From a virus (lineage: Duplodnaviria; Caudoviricetes), in IMG/VR virus record IMGVR_UViG_3300030207_005124, positions 1 through 45,064 of that record: a DNA stretch of 45,064 nucleotides; one strand, 5' to 3'. How positions within the stretch are numbered: position 1 is the first letter of the stretch; every line of letters begins with the position of its first letter. The translations under genes and the position numbers were made by a program. The notes beneath the pieces were generated by a model that was not told where the DNA came from, ran no database searches, and saw only the letters and a program-made list of their open reading frames with translations. Shown here piece after piece: positions 1 to 7,959 of this stretch.

Positions 1-1182
1 TTATTGAGCTTTTCGGCCTGATGTTATCACCGGACTGCAATCACCCTCCGAAGTGATAACTGTCCGTTCTTCTTCCGTGCCGCGAGCGGGTGGCGCGATG
101 AGGTGCATGGCGTCACCGGCGAGCTTCCTGCGGTTCGCTTTGCGCGTATAAAGCGCCGCCTGTTTCGGGCTTTCCCATCCATATATCGCCATAAGCTGAT
201 GCTCGGTCGCGCCGTTGTCGGCCGCGATCGTCGCGCCTGCCTTGCGCACGCCGTGCGCTGTGCAATGGGGGAGGCCGGCCTCGTTGCAGCGTTTGCGAAA
301 CCAGTTGCCGAAGCCGTTTGCCGTGAACGGTTTGCCGAACTCGGTCACGAGAAAGGTGAGATTGCCGCCCTCGTAGGCGTCGATGCTTTCCATGAGCTGC
401 GGCAGCACCGGGATCTCGCGATGCTTTGCCTTCTTGCGCTGCCCCTTCTGCTCGGTGAAATGGAGCCACGGGTCCGGATGCCGCCGGATCATCTGCCGGC
501 CAAGCTGCACAGCGTCGCCGCGCCGCACGCCGGTGAAAAGGAGAAGCGAGAGCGCCAGATGCGCCTTTGTGCCGACCGAGTGATGCGCGAAGAACTGCCG
601 TACTTCGTCGATCGACCAGGTGTGGAAGCCGTCTGAGCCATTGCGCAAATAGGGAATATCGCGGGCCGGATTGGTTTCGGCTTCTCCGGCCTCAATCGCC
701 CACGCAAAGACCGCCCGAAGCGCCTTGACGCGCGTGTTGGCGGCTTCCGGCGTATCGGCCTTGCGGTCGCGCAGCACGCGCACGGCCTTGGACGTGAACT
801 TGGCGACAGGTACATCGGCAAAGAGAAGTGCAGCATCTGGCTTCACGGGCTCCTGCAACATCTGCTCGATGATGCGACGGCGCACATATTGCGTGCGCTC
901 GTTTAACGACGTCCGAAACTCCGCGCTCGAAAACCAGGAGACGCACAACGCGCGGAACGAACCGGGCCTTATGAGGTGGCGGCCGCCGGCTGCTTCCAGT
1001 GCACGTGGCGCGATGGCACCGGTCGCTTCGGCAAGACAGCGGCCGTATTGCTTCATGAAGTCTTCGGAGCCGAAGGTGCCGTGCAGACGAATGCGCGGGC
1101 CGGGACGCTTCCAGAAATAGAGGCGCACATTGCCGTAACGGTCTTTCTGCTCCACCACGTAGCGGAGATGCTTTTTCACCAT
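1..1182 (-). CDS. int: Tyrosine recombinase / phage integrase
   Basis: Catalytic residues R (TGVRRGD), HxxR (AHGVRK), GW and Y (ALYTRKANR); N-terminal arm-binding-like region (DRYGNVRLYFWKR). Confidence 0.95.
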   Translation of the reverse strand: MVKKHLRYVVEQKDRYGNVRLYFWKRPGPRIRLHGTFGSEDFMKQYGRCLAEATGAIAPRALEAAGGRHLIRPGSFRALCVSWFSSAEFRTSLNERTQYVRRRIIEQMLQEPVKPDAALLFADVPVAKFTSKAVRVLRDRKADTPEAANTRVKALRAVFAWAIEAGEAETNPARDIPYLRNGSDGFHTWSIDEVRQFFAHHSVGTKAHLALSLLLFTGVRRGDAVQLGRQMIRRHPDPWLHFTEQKGQRKKAKHREIPVLPQLMESIDAYEGGNLTFLVTEFGKPFTANGFGNWFRKRCNEAGLPHCTAHGVRKAGATIAADNGATEHQLMAIYGWESPKQAALYTRKANRRKLAGDAMHLIAPPARGTEEERTVITSEGDCSPVITSGRKAQ

Positions 1183-1194
1183 GGTTCCGGCCGG

Positions 1195-1476
1195 TCATAC
1201 TGCGAAGTCGATGTCGTTTCCCTTGCCATCATCCTCGGGAAGCTCGTCATAGGCAATGTCGAGCTTCCAGATATCCCAGGTCTTGCAACCGTCGATCAAT
1301 TTCGGTCGCGGCATTCGGCGATCCTTGACCAGATCGTCGAATTTTGAGGGGCTGACCCCGATATAAAGCGCAGCCTCTTCCCGGCGAAGCCCGCGCCGGG
1401 GCTTCAGCTCCGTGTGCCGCAGGTTCTGCTGTGAAGGCGGCTTTTCATCCATGGGTATCTGGCCGCGCGGTGGCAT
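1195..1476 (-). CDS. xis: Excisionase / AlpA-like HTH protein
   Basis: RRGLRREEAALYIGVSPSKFDDLVKDRRMPRP motif directly upstream of int; start chosen at the TGATG overlap with the upstream gene. Confidence 0.8.
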   Translation of the reverse strand: MPPRGQIPMDEKPPSQQNLRHTELKPRRGLRREEAALYIGVSPSKFDDLVKDRRMPRPKLIDGCKTWDIWKLDIAYDELPEDDGKGNDIDFAV

Positions 1477-1706
1477 CAGTGTCCCTTCAGCGTGAAGGTC
1501 GTGGCAGGCCGGCGGGGGTCTTCCGTCCAGTCCGCGAGCGCGGCGCGGGTCGCCTCCCATTCGCCGGTTGCCACGGCATGCGCCTGATCTCCATCGAAGA
1601 TGAAGAGAGCTATCGGCAACCGCTCGTCGGCGACCTCCTCGACGCGTTTGTCGATGTGGCGGGCAAGCTCCTGCATGAGTTCGTCAAGGGCGGCGGCGCG
1701 GCTCAT
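1476..1706 (-). CDS. Hypothetical phage protein
   Basis: 76 aa; start/stop overlaps with both neighbours. Confidence 0.65.
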   Translation of the reverse strand: MSRAAALDELMQELARHIDKRVEEVADERLPIALFIFDGDQAHAVATGEWEATRAALADWTEDPRRPATTFTLKGH

Positions 1707-1987
1707 GTGGCGCCTCCGGTCGGGTCCAGGTCAGGGCGTATCGGCTGGCCGTCGATCATGGTCTGGTACACGATCTCCTGTCCGTCCTGCCGCTCGTGGC
1801 GGAACCAGCAGAAGCGCTCGCGCGGCCAGTGGATGTAGTGGTGTTTTCCCGTTGCAAGGTCCGATATCTGCGCGATGACGAAAACGGAGCTGCTGGCCGT
1901 CCAGAAGGTGTGTTTCACGTTTTCGAAGGTGACAGGCGTCGTGCTGTCGTCGCGATAGAGCGTGATTTTGTGCAGCGATTCGCTCAT
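1703..1987 (-). CDS. Hypothetical phage protein
   Basis: MSESLHKITLY...; ATGA overlap with the upstream gene and an RBS-like GGAAGG. Confidence 0.65.
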   Translation of the reverse strand: MSESLHKITLYRDDSTTPVTFENVKHTFWTASSSVFVIAQISDLATGKHHYIHWPRERFCWFRHERQDGQEIVYQTMIDGQPIRPDLDPTGGAT

Positions 1988-2367
1988 GCGGCACCGCCTT
2001 CCTTGTCGTCGCCCCACTTGGCGATGTAATCCTTCAGCGGCATGTATCCGGCCTCGACGGCTGCGCGATCCTCTGCACGCTGCTGCTGCTTCGCCGCATC
2101 GTCCTGCAGCGTGTGACGCAGCGAGCGCTGCACGACTTGCGTCACGAGATGGTTGTAGGCAGGGAAGTCCAGCTTGCCGAAGTCGACCTGGAGATGCTCG
2201 GCGAGCTTTGCTTCGAGCGTCTTGCCGAATTCCGAATAGGGGCGGGTGGCGGAGGACACCACATCCTTCACCATCTTCTCGACATAGCCGTCGACGATCT
2301 CCTTCGCCTTGCCGCTATCGAACAGCTCCACAAGCGATGTGTTGATCATTTCCTGAAGGCTGTTCAT
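1984..2367 (-). CDS. Hypothetical phage protein
   Basis: 127 aa helical protein, ATGA overlap with the ParB gene, GAGGAGG RBS. Confidence 0.7.
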   Translation of the reverse strand: MNSLQEMINTSLVELFDSGKAKEIVDGYVEKMVKDVVSSATRPYSEFGKTLEAKLAEHLQVDFGKLDFPAYNHLVTQVVQRSLRHTLQDDAAKQQQRAEDRAAVEAGYMPLKDYIAKWGDDKEGGAA

Positions 2368-4238
2368 GCCAGTTCCTCCTCGGCTTCGCCGTCAAGAGCG
2401 ATGCGCCGGTCGACTGTGGTGTAGTCATATTCCTCCGCTTCCTCGTTCACCTCTTCGTCTTCCTCCGGCTCCGGAGTCATATGCGGCGGCACCGGCACGC
2501 CGATCTTCTGGGAGAGGGCGAGCGTTTCGCCATCGAGCGTGTGCGGATGGAAGAGCATGGAGCGGCTTACCTGGAGCTGCGCGTAAAGGCGGGTCACATC
2601 CGCGTCCGGCTGGTTCGTGAGCCATGCGCGGAGGAAGGGGATGTCCGCCGCGTCGATGAAGCCGATATCTTCGTTGCGCGGCACATCGGCAAGCGCGACG
2701 CCCTCCTCGATAGCGTCGAAGACGAAAGGGCTGCCCGTGGCGGACTGAATGATCTCCGCTGTCGCGGGGAGATTGACAGTCATTATGTCGAAGTGAACCG
2801 GACGCCACGTCGTACCGAGACCGGCAAGGTCGCGCAGGATCTCCGTTCGGAAGTAGTCCGCCGCGCGCGCGGCAACGGCGGCAAGCATGTCGCGTTGCCA
2901 TCGCGAGCCTGCCGCCAGCTCTTCTTCCCTTTTCTTGCGGCGGATCTCGGGCTCAAGATCGAGCTGCGCTTCGTCCTCCGCCGCGCCATCCTCGTCATCG
3001 TCCGGCCCGCGTGCCGCGCTTCGCTCGTCGGGACGTCCGTACTCGATCTCGATATCGTGACGCCAGCGGTCGACGGAGACGAAGGCGTGAAGCTCCTTCA
3101 AAGCCTCCGGGGTCTCTTCGGCGATGTCCTCTTCGTCCAGATGGTGGAAGCGCGAATAGTCGAAATATTCACCGATCGCGAGAAGCGTGACGCTGGCAAA
3201 GCGTCCACTGGCCTTGATCTCGTCGACCTTCTGCTGCGCGGCCTTGCGCTGCAGCTTCATGAAGGCGTCCGTGTCGGCGAAGACGCGCTCCGTGCCGGTT
3301 CCCATATAGTCGCCCTTGTATTTCTTAAGGTCGAACCCGGCCACGCGCACCGGCACCTTGCCAGCCTTCGCCTTGTCCCGCAGCGAGGCGGCGCTGTAGC
3401 CGTTCCTCACCGCGTAAGTCACGAGTTCGTTCTGCTCTTTTTCGAAGGGCGTCGACACGATCGCGCGCGCCTGGTCGAGCGTGATCTGCCCCTCGGCCAG
3501 CGCCTTGCGGGCGACGGGCTTCAGCTTGTCGAAAAGCTGGAGCCGGTCCTGCACCGTGCGCGGCGCGATGTGGCAGGCGGTGGCGATCTTCTCCGTGTCC
3601 CATCCAAGCGAAGTGAGCGCCTTGAAGCCCTCCGCCTCCTCGAGCACCGGCACGTCCTGCCGCTGCAGGTTTTCGATGAGCGCCAGCGCGCGGGCTTCGG
3701 TGTCCTTCATGCTGCGCACGAGGCAGGGGACCGGGAAGGTATCGTCGATGCGGTTCTGCGCGCGCAGGCTCATCATTGCCGCGTAGCGCCGCCCGCCCGA
3801 GTTGATCGTGTGGATGTCCTCGCCGTCCGCCTCGCGCACAACGAGGTTCTGCAGCACGCCGTTCTCCGCGATGCTTTCGGCCAGCCCGGCGATATCTTCC
3901 GGGTCGAAGGTCTTGCGGTAATTGTCCGGGTTCGGCCGGAGGTTGCCGAAGGGGATGGCGACGATGCCTGCCGCATCGCCTTGCTGGCGCACGGCGTGCG
4001 CCGGGGGGCCGGGAATCTCGATGCCCGCCGCCTGCAGCAGAGCTTCGAGCTTGCCGCCGGGAAGGGCCGAAGCGACCTTGCCCCAATTGCCCTCGCCCAT
4101 ATCCTTGCGGCCTTTTACGGCGTCGCGGATGTTTCCGTCACTGACCCCGGCCTTTTGCGCGAGGCCGCGATAGGAAAGCTTCGCATCGTCGCGATCCGCC
4201 TCCATGGCGGTGACGCGGGCTTTTTGCTGCTTGTCCAT
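2364..4238 (-). CDS. ParB/RepB/Spo0J-family protein with extra N-terminal XRE-like HTH
   Basis: N-terminal LSYRGLAQKAGVSDGNI HTH; ParB domain NPDNYRK...LAESIAENGVLQNLVVR...SGGRRYAAM...LIENLQRQD; central HTH (TEKIATACHIAPRTVQDRL); CAGGAG RBS before the ATG at 4238. Confidence 0.88.
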   Translation of the reverse strand: MDKQQKARVTAMEADRDDAKLSYRGLAQKAGVSDGNIRDAVKGRKDMGEGNWGKVASALPGGKLEALLQAAGIEIPGPPAHAVRQQGDAAGIVAIPFGNLRPNPDNYRKTFDPEDIAGLAESIAENGVLQNLVVREADGEDIHTINSGGRRYAAMMSLRAQNRIDDTFPVPCLVRSMKDTEARALALIENLQRQDVPVLEEAEGFKALTSLGWDTEKIATACHIAPRTVQDRLQLFDKLKPVARKALAEGQITLDQARAIVSTPFEKEQNELVTYAVRNGYSAASLRDKAKAGKVPVRVAGFDLKKYKGDYMGTGTERVFADTDAFMKLQRKAAQQKVDEIKASGRFASVTLLAIGEYFDYSRFHHLDEEDIAEETPEALKELHAFVSVDRWRHDIEIEYGRPDERSAARGPDDDEDGAAEDEAQLDLEPEIRRKKREEELAAGSRWQRDMLAAVAARAADYFRTEILRDLAGLGTTWRPVHFDIMTVNLPATAEIIQSATGSPFVFDAIEEGVALADVPRNEDIGFIDAADIPFLRAWLTNQPDADVTRLYAQLQVSRSMLFHPHTLDGETLALSQKIGVPVPPHMTPEPEEDEEVNEEAEEYDYTTVDRRIALDGEAEEELA

Positions 4239-4362
4239 CTGTCTCTCCTGTTTGAGGTGTCCGTCCCCGGATGGCCCGTCCGCCGGGGGGGGCGGACGGG
4301 CCGGGCGCCTGCGCATCGAGGATCTTGAGGGATGCCGATGGCAGGCGCCTTTCGGGGGGGGG

Positions 4363-4696
4363 GCAGGTTCATTCGATGCGCCAGCAGCGCACGCCGTTCC
4401 TGACCTGCCGTGTGGTAAAGCGGAGCGTGTTGGGTTCACTGTCCTTGCGAAATTTCTTGGCGGCCGCCGCAACCGACTGACGCTTGCGGATGCGTTCCGC
4501 CGCGTCCTTCGTCTGCACGAAGAAGCTGTCGCCCGGCTGCATCTCCTCGAAGGGGTAGAGGCGACGGGTCTGGTATGTGACAGGCGGCACAGGCACGCCC
4601 TTGTCGATATTGATGGTCATGTCGGTTCCCCGTCCTGTCGCGAGCGAAGTCCGCGACGATGTAAAAAAAGCAGGTTCATTCGATGCGCCAGCAGCG
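4363..4696. repeat. 27-bp direct repeat GCAGGTTCATTCGATGCGCCAGCAGCG (4363-4389 and 4670-4696)
   Basis: Identical sequence spanning the 3' ends and stop codons of the two paralogs. Confidence 0.9.
4369..4620 (-). CDS. Small basic phage protein, paralog 2 (IDKGVPVP...YPFEEMQPGDSFFV...VRCWRIE)
   Basis: 83 aa, clearly paralogous to 4676..4921. Confidence 0.8.
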   Translation of the reverse strand: MTINIDKGVPVPPVTYQTRRLYPFEEMQPGDSFFVQTKDAAERIRKRQSVAAAAKKFRKDSEPNTLRFTTRQVRNGVRCWRIE

Positions 4697-4921
4697 AGCA
4701 CCGCCCTCGACCTGCCGCACGGCGAAGCGTGGCTTGCCGGGTTGCCGGCACGACCAGCGCCGCGCAGCGACGCCCAGGCGCTTCCCCGTCTGTTTCGATT
4801 CAGAGGGTTTGCAGGGAACGAGAAAGCTGTCGCCCGGCTTCATGTCCGGGAAGGGGTAGGTCCGGCGTATCTTCTGCTGCGGGTCCGGAACCTCAATGCC
4901 CTTTTCGATCTCGAAGACCAT
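4676..4921 (-). CDS. Small basic phage protein, paralog 1; first gene of the leftward early operon
   Basis: IEKGIEVP...YPFPDMKPGDSFLV...ARCWRIE; GAGGGAG RBS. Confidence 0.8.
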   Translation of the reverse strand: MVFEIEKGIEVPDPQQKIRRTYPFPDMKPGDSFLVPCKPSESKQTGKRLGVAARRWSCRQPGKPRFAVRQVEGGARCWRIE

Positions 4922-4961
4922 GCCTGCTCCCTCGGTTGCGGCGCACGCCGCGCGCCTGTGG

Positions 4962-5009
4962 AGTGCAATATGCACTATCCGAAACCACGGCACAAGTGCG
5001 AAACGCACA
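4962..5009 (-). promoter_or_regulatory. pL-like promoter with two repressor operators (oL)
   Basis: Minus strand -35 TTGTGC (4995-4990), 17-bp spacer, -10 CATATT (4972-4967); operators AGTGC-AATAT-GCACT (4962-4976) and AGTGC-GAAAC-GCACA (4995-5009) match the cI/cro intergenic motif. Confidence 0.75.
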
Positions 5010-5095
5010 AAACGCAAAGGCGGGAGGAAAGCGGGGATTCGCGCGGTGTGGCGGCATGCGCTATAAGGGTGGTGAATAAATGGATGGGGGATCAG

Positions 5096-5620
5096 ATGAG
5101 ATCAGGACGAATCGCCGGGCTGGCCGCCATCGTGCTGGCAGCGCTCGTGCTCGCCGGCTGCGCGCAGCGGCAAAGCCAGAACGTCTACAAATATGACGAG
5201 GTCGGGCAGGCCAGCGCCGTGACCTTCGGCACAATCGTCGCCAGTCGCGAGGTCGATATCACCGGCAAGAACACCGGCACGGGCGGGCTTGTCGGCGCGG
5301 CGGTCGGCGCGGGCGCGGGCTCCTATGCGGGCAGCGGCTCGGGCAATGCCTGGGCGATCAGCGCGGGGCTTCTCGCCGGCGCCGTCGCCGGGGCGCTGAT
5401 CGAGCAGGCCGCCGCCGACAGGACCGGCGTTGAATATGTCGTGATGCTGCAAAGCGGCGTCGCGCTCACGGTGGTGCAGGATATCGGCAAGGGCGAAAGC
5501 ACGCTGCCGGACGGCATGCGCGTGATGGTGCAGAATACCGGCGGCTATCAGCGCGTCCTGCCGGCAGAGGCATTGCCGACGCAGATGGCGCGCCCCAAGG
5601 GCATCGAGCTGGTCGATTGA
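5096..5620 (+). CDS. Outer-membrane lipoprotein, SlyB/Pcp-like (glycine zipper)
   Basis: Signal peptide with lipobox LAGC; glycine zipper GGLVGAAVGAGAGSYAGSGSG...AGLLAGAVAGALIE; C-terminal GVEYVVMLQSG..VVQ beta region. Confidence 0.85.
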   Translation: MRSGRIAGLAAIVLAALVLAGCAQRQSQNVYKYDEVGQASAVTFGTIVASREVDITGKNTGTGGLVGAAVGAGAGSYAGSGSGNAWAISAGLLAGAVAGALIEQAAADRTGVEYVVMLQSGVALTVVQDIGKGESTLPDGMRVMVQNTGGYQRVLPAEALPTQMARPKGIELVD

Positions 5621-6225
5621 TGCGCGCGTCCCTTTTTGCCCTCGCGCTCCTCGCGCTCGCCGCGTGTTCGTCGCCCGTCAAAGTGGGTCTGCCGAATGCG
5701 GACTGGAATGACGGTGGCAGGATACCCGGCCGCTATGCCGCGACCATCCAGAGCGGCGCCTGGCGGAAGGACATTTCCGCCGAAGGCTTTGCCTGTGGCG
5801 GCTGGACCTTTCCGACCGATGCCGACGGCGCCTATGCCGTCGCGATGAAGAAGGCGCTCGACGACAATTTCGAAAGCGTCACCCTCACGCCGGAGATGAA
5901 ACCGGCAGATCTCGCCGCGCAGGGATATGACGCATCGATCATCGTCTATCAGGGTGCGTTCGACACGCGGCTGCTGATCGTCGAACAGGCCTACTGGACA
6001 TTCGGCGCCGAGGCCTCGGTCGGCATGAGCGGGATCGTGGCGCTGGTGGGGCCGGGCGGCTTGATCGGTCAGGCGAGCCCCGAAGGGAGCGGGGCAAGGC
6101 GCGGCAAGATTGCGCTCTGCGACGATGCAGGGCCGATGATCTCCACCGCCTCGCGCATGGCGCTGATGGGTTTCATCCAGAACGCAACGCGGGAAGCGCG
6201 GGCGCTGGCGACAACAACCAGGTGA
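5620..6225 (+). CDS. Putative lipoprotein
   Basis: MRASLFALALLALAAC lipobox; TGATG overlap with the upstream gene. Confidence 0.78.
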   Translation: MRASLFALALLALAACSSPVKVGLPNADWNDGGRIPGRYAATIQSGAWRKDISAEGFACGGWTFPTDADGAYAVAMKKALDDNFESVTLTPEMKPADLAAQGYDASIIVYQGAFDTRLLIVEQAYWTFGAEASVGMSGIVALVGPGGLIGQASPEGSGARRGKIALCDDAGPMISTASRMALMGFIQNATREARALATTTR

Positions 6226-6235
6226 GCCGCGCGCG

Positions 6236-6556
6236 ATGGGATATGTTGTGATCTGGCTTCTCTTTGCGGGTGCCGCCGCCGTCGTCGCGTCCAACAAGGG
6301 ACGGTCCGGCGCCGGCTGGTTTCTGCTCGGCGCCGTCTTCGGCCTCTTCGCGCTGATTGTCGTGGCGGTGCTGCCCAATCTGAAAGCCGAAGCGCGCGAC
6401 GTGGCGACGGCCGCCGCGGTCGCGGCCATCGCCGCCCGCGATGCGGATGGCGGCGAGACCATGACCTGCCCCAGCTGCGCGGAAACCATCAAGGCCGCCG
6501 CCGCCCGCTGCCGCTTCTGCGGGCATGAGTTCCGGCCGCCCGCTATCTCGGCTTGA
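6236..6556 (+). CDS. Two-TM membrane protein with C-terminal zinc ribbon
   Basis: Two hydrophobic helices around NKGRSGAGWF; CPSCAETIKAAAARCRFCG double CxxC. Confidence 0.85.
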   Translation: MGYVVIWLLFAGAAAVVASNKGRSGAGWFLLGAVFGLFALIVVAVLPNLKAEARDVATAAAVAAIAARDADGGETMTCPSCAETIKAAAARCRFCGHEFRPPAISA

Positions 6557-7142
6557 TGTCCTCGACCGGCGCCGCCCATTCGAGCGTCTGGTTCTCGCGC
6601 GGCGGTGCGTTCCAGCTTTCGAGCGTGTAGGTGTTCTTCTCAGCGCCGCGCCTGATCTTCTTGATGAGCACCGGCCCGTCATTCGCGACCTTCACCACGC
6701 AGAGCCTGTTGAGGCAGGCCGAGGGCACGCCGTCGCGGTCGCGCCGATAGACGATGATCCAGCCATCCTCCAGCGGATACATGCTGTCGCCCCTGATGAT
6801 GAGCGCGACCGCGTCGGGCGGCAGCACGCCCGCCTCGACCGTGTCGAAACCCTCGCCTTGCGCGTAGGCATCGACCGGATGAACCTCGGCGCCGGCGCCG
6901 ACATAGCCGACAACGGGGATATCGTCTCGGCGGCCTGACTTCCCCTTGCCGGTGAGAAGCCAGCCAATATCCACTCGAAAGAAAGCTGCATATCGGGCGG
7001 CGACATCTCGGCGGATGCCGCGCGTGCCGTTCTCGTGCTGGGTGTAGGTGAAGATGTTCGCACCCATGGCCTTGGCCGCCGTCGAGGGCGACCTGTAACC
7101 CGCCTTCTTTCTAGCTTCCTGTAATCGTTCATGAATTTCCAT
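6543..7142 (-). CDS. cI: CI-like repressor (XRE HTH plus S24 peptidase domain)
   Basis: ERLQEARKKAGY...YTQHENGTRG HTH; VGAG cleavage site; GDSMYP and LIKK catalytic motifs; divergent from a cro-like gene. Confidence 0.92.
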   Translation of the reverse strand: MEIHERLQEARKKAGYRSPSTAAKAMGANIFTYTQHENGTRGIRRDVAARYAAFFRVDIGWLLTGKGKSGRRDDIPVVGYVGAGAEVHPVDAYAQGEGFDTVEAGVLPPDAVALIIRGDSMYPLEDGWIIVYRRDRDGVPSACLNRLCVVKVANDGPVLIKKIRRGAEKNTYTLESWNAPPRENQTLEWAAPVEDIKPR

Positions 7143-7144
7143 GT

Positions 7145-7209
7145 GCGCAGATTGCACTCAGGTGGAGTGCGTTTGGCACTTGACAGGTGAAGTGCAAAAC
7201 GCACAAGCT
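7145..7209. promoter_or_regulatory. oR-like region: three operators and the pR promoter
   Basis: GCGC-AGATT-GCAC (7145-7157), GTGC-GTTTG-GCAC (7167-7179), GTGC-AAAAC-GCAC (7192-7204); perfect -35 TTGACA at 7180-7185. Confidence 0.8.
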
Positions 7210-7217
7210 CTGCCATC

Positions 7218-7424
7218 ATGACAGACCGAATCGACATCAAGGCGCTCCGCCAGGCCCTCAATCTCACCCACGCGCAGCTCGCTGTCCGCGTTGGCGGCGT
7301 TCACCGCACCACCGTGTTGCGCTGGGAGAACGGCAAGAGCACGCCGCAAGGCCCGGCCCGCAAGGTTCTGCTCGACCTGCAGGCGGAAGCCGAAGCCAGA
7401 CGCTCCAAAGAGGAGGCCGCGTGA
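7218..7424 (+). CDS. cro: Cro-like XRE HTH protein
   Basis: IKALRQALNLTHAQLAVRVGGVHRTTVLRWENG; divergent from cI. Confidence 0.88.
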   Translation: MTDRIDIKALRQALNLTHAQLAVRVGGVHRTTVLRWENGKSTPQGPARKVLLDLQAEAEARRSKEEAA

Positions 7425-7444
7425 TGGGGAGCTACCTCCAAGCC

Positions 7445-7744
7445 TCAGTGCGTCTTGTTGATGGCAGCGTAAGCGGTCTCGTTGGCGAACTGGATGCGTG
7501 CCTTGGCGTCGATATTCAGGCCGCGCGCACGGCACCAGACCGGGAACTCGTCCGGATCGATTATGGCGGTAATGACGATGTGCCCCTTGCGTTCGAGGTC
7601 GCGCTTGCCACGCTCCGCAGCCTTGCTCCACGCAAAATAGGTCGGGGGCAGCTTTTCTGCGTCCTCCATGATTTCGAGAATGCGCGGGTAATCCTGTCGC
7701 GTGTACCAGGCCATGCCGGCAGCGCGGACGGGTTGGGCGGTCAT
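7445..7744 (-). CDS. Hypothetical protein on the antisense strand of the early operon
   Basis: Natural-looking 99-aa protein (AWYTRQDYPRI...DPDEFPVWC); GGAG RBS; candidate promoter TCGACG-17-TACCGT at 7803-7775. Confidence 0.75.
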   Translation of the reverse strand: MTAQPVRAAGMAWYTRQDYPRILEIMEDAEKLPPTYFAWSKAAERGKRDLERKGHIVITAIIDPDEFPVWCRARGLNIDAKARIQFANETAYAAINKTH

Positions 7745-7959
7745 GACATTGTCTCCGTGTGTTGTGGCGACAACACGGTAGACGCGGGCGGGGAGGGCGT
7801 CGAGTCACTGACTCAAGCCCTTTCCGCCCGTTCGTCCGCATACGTCTGGTTCGGACCCGGCAACGGCGGAAAGACGGGGACGGGGGCGCTCGCTCCCGGC
7901 GCCGCCGCCTGCCGTCCTTCCGCCGCGCCTGCCCGCCCCGGCCACCGGGGGGCGGCGGC

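Noticed and set aside
2481-4328. Long plus-strand ORF (615 aa) and similar long antisense ORFs (9825..11534, 23829..24971, 31341..32840, 36080..38029)
   Set aside because: Shadows of well-supported genes in GC-rich DNA; no recognisable motifs
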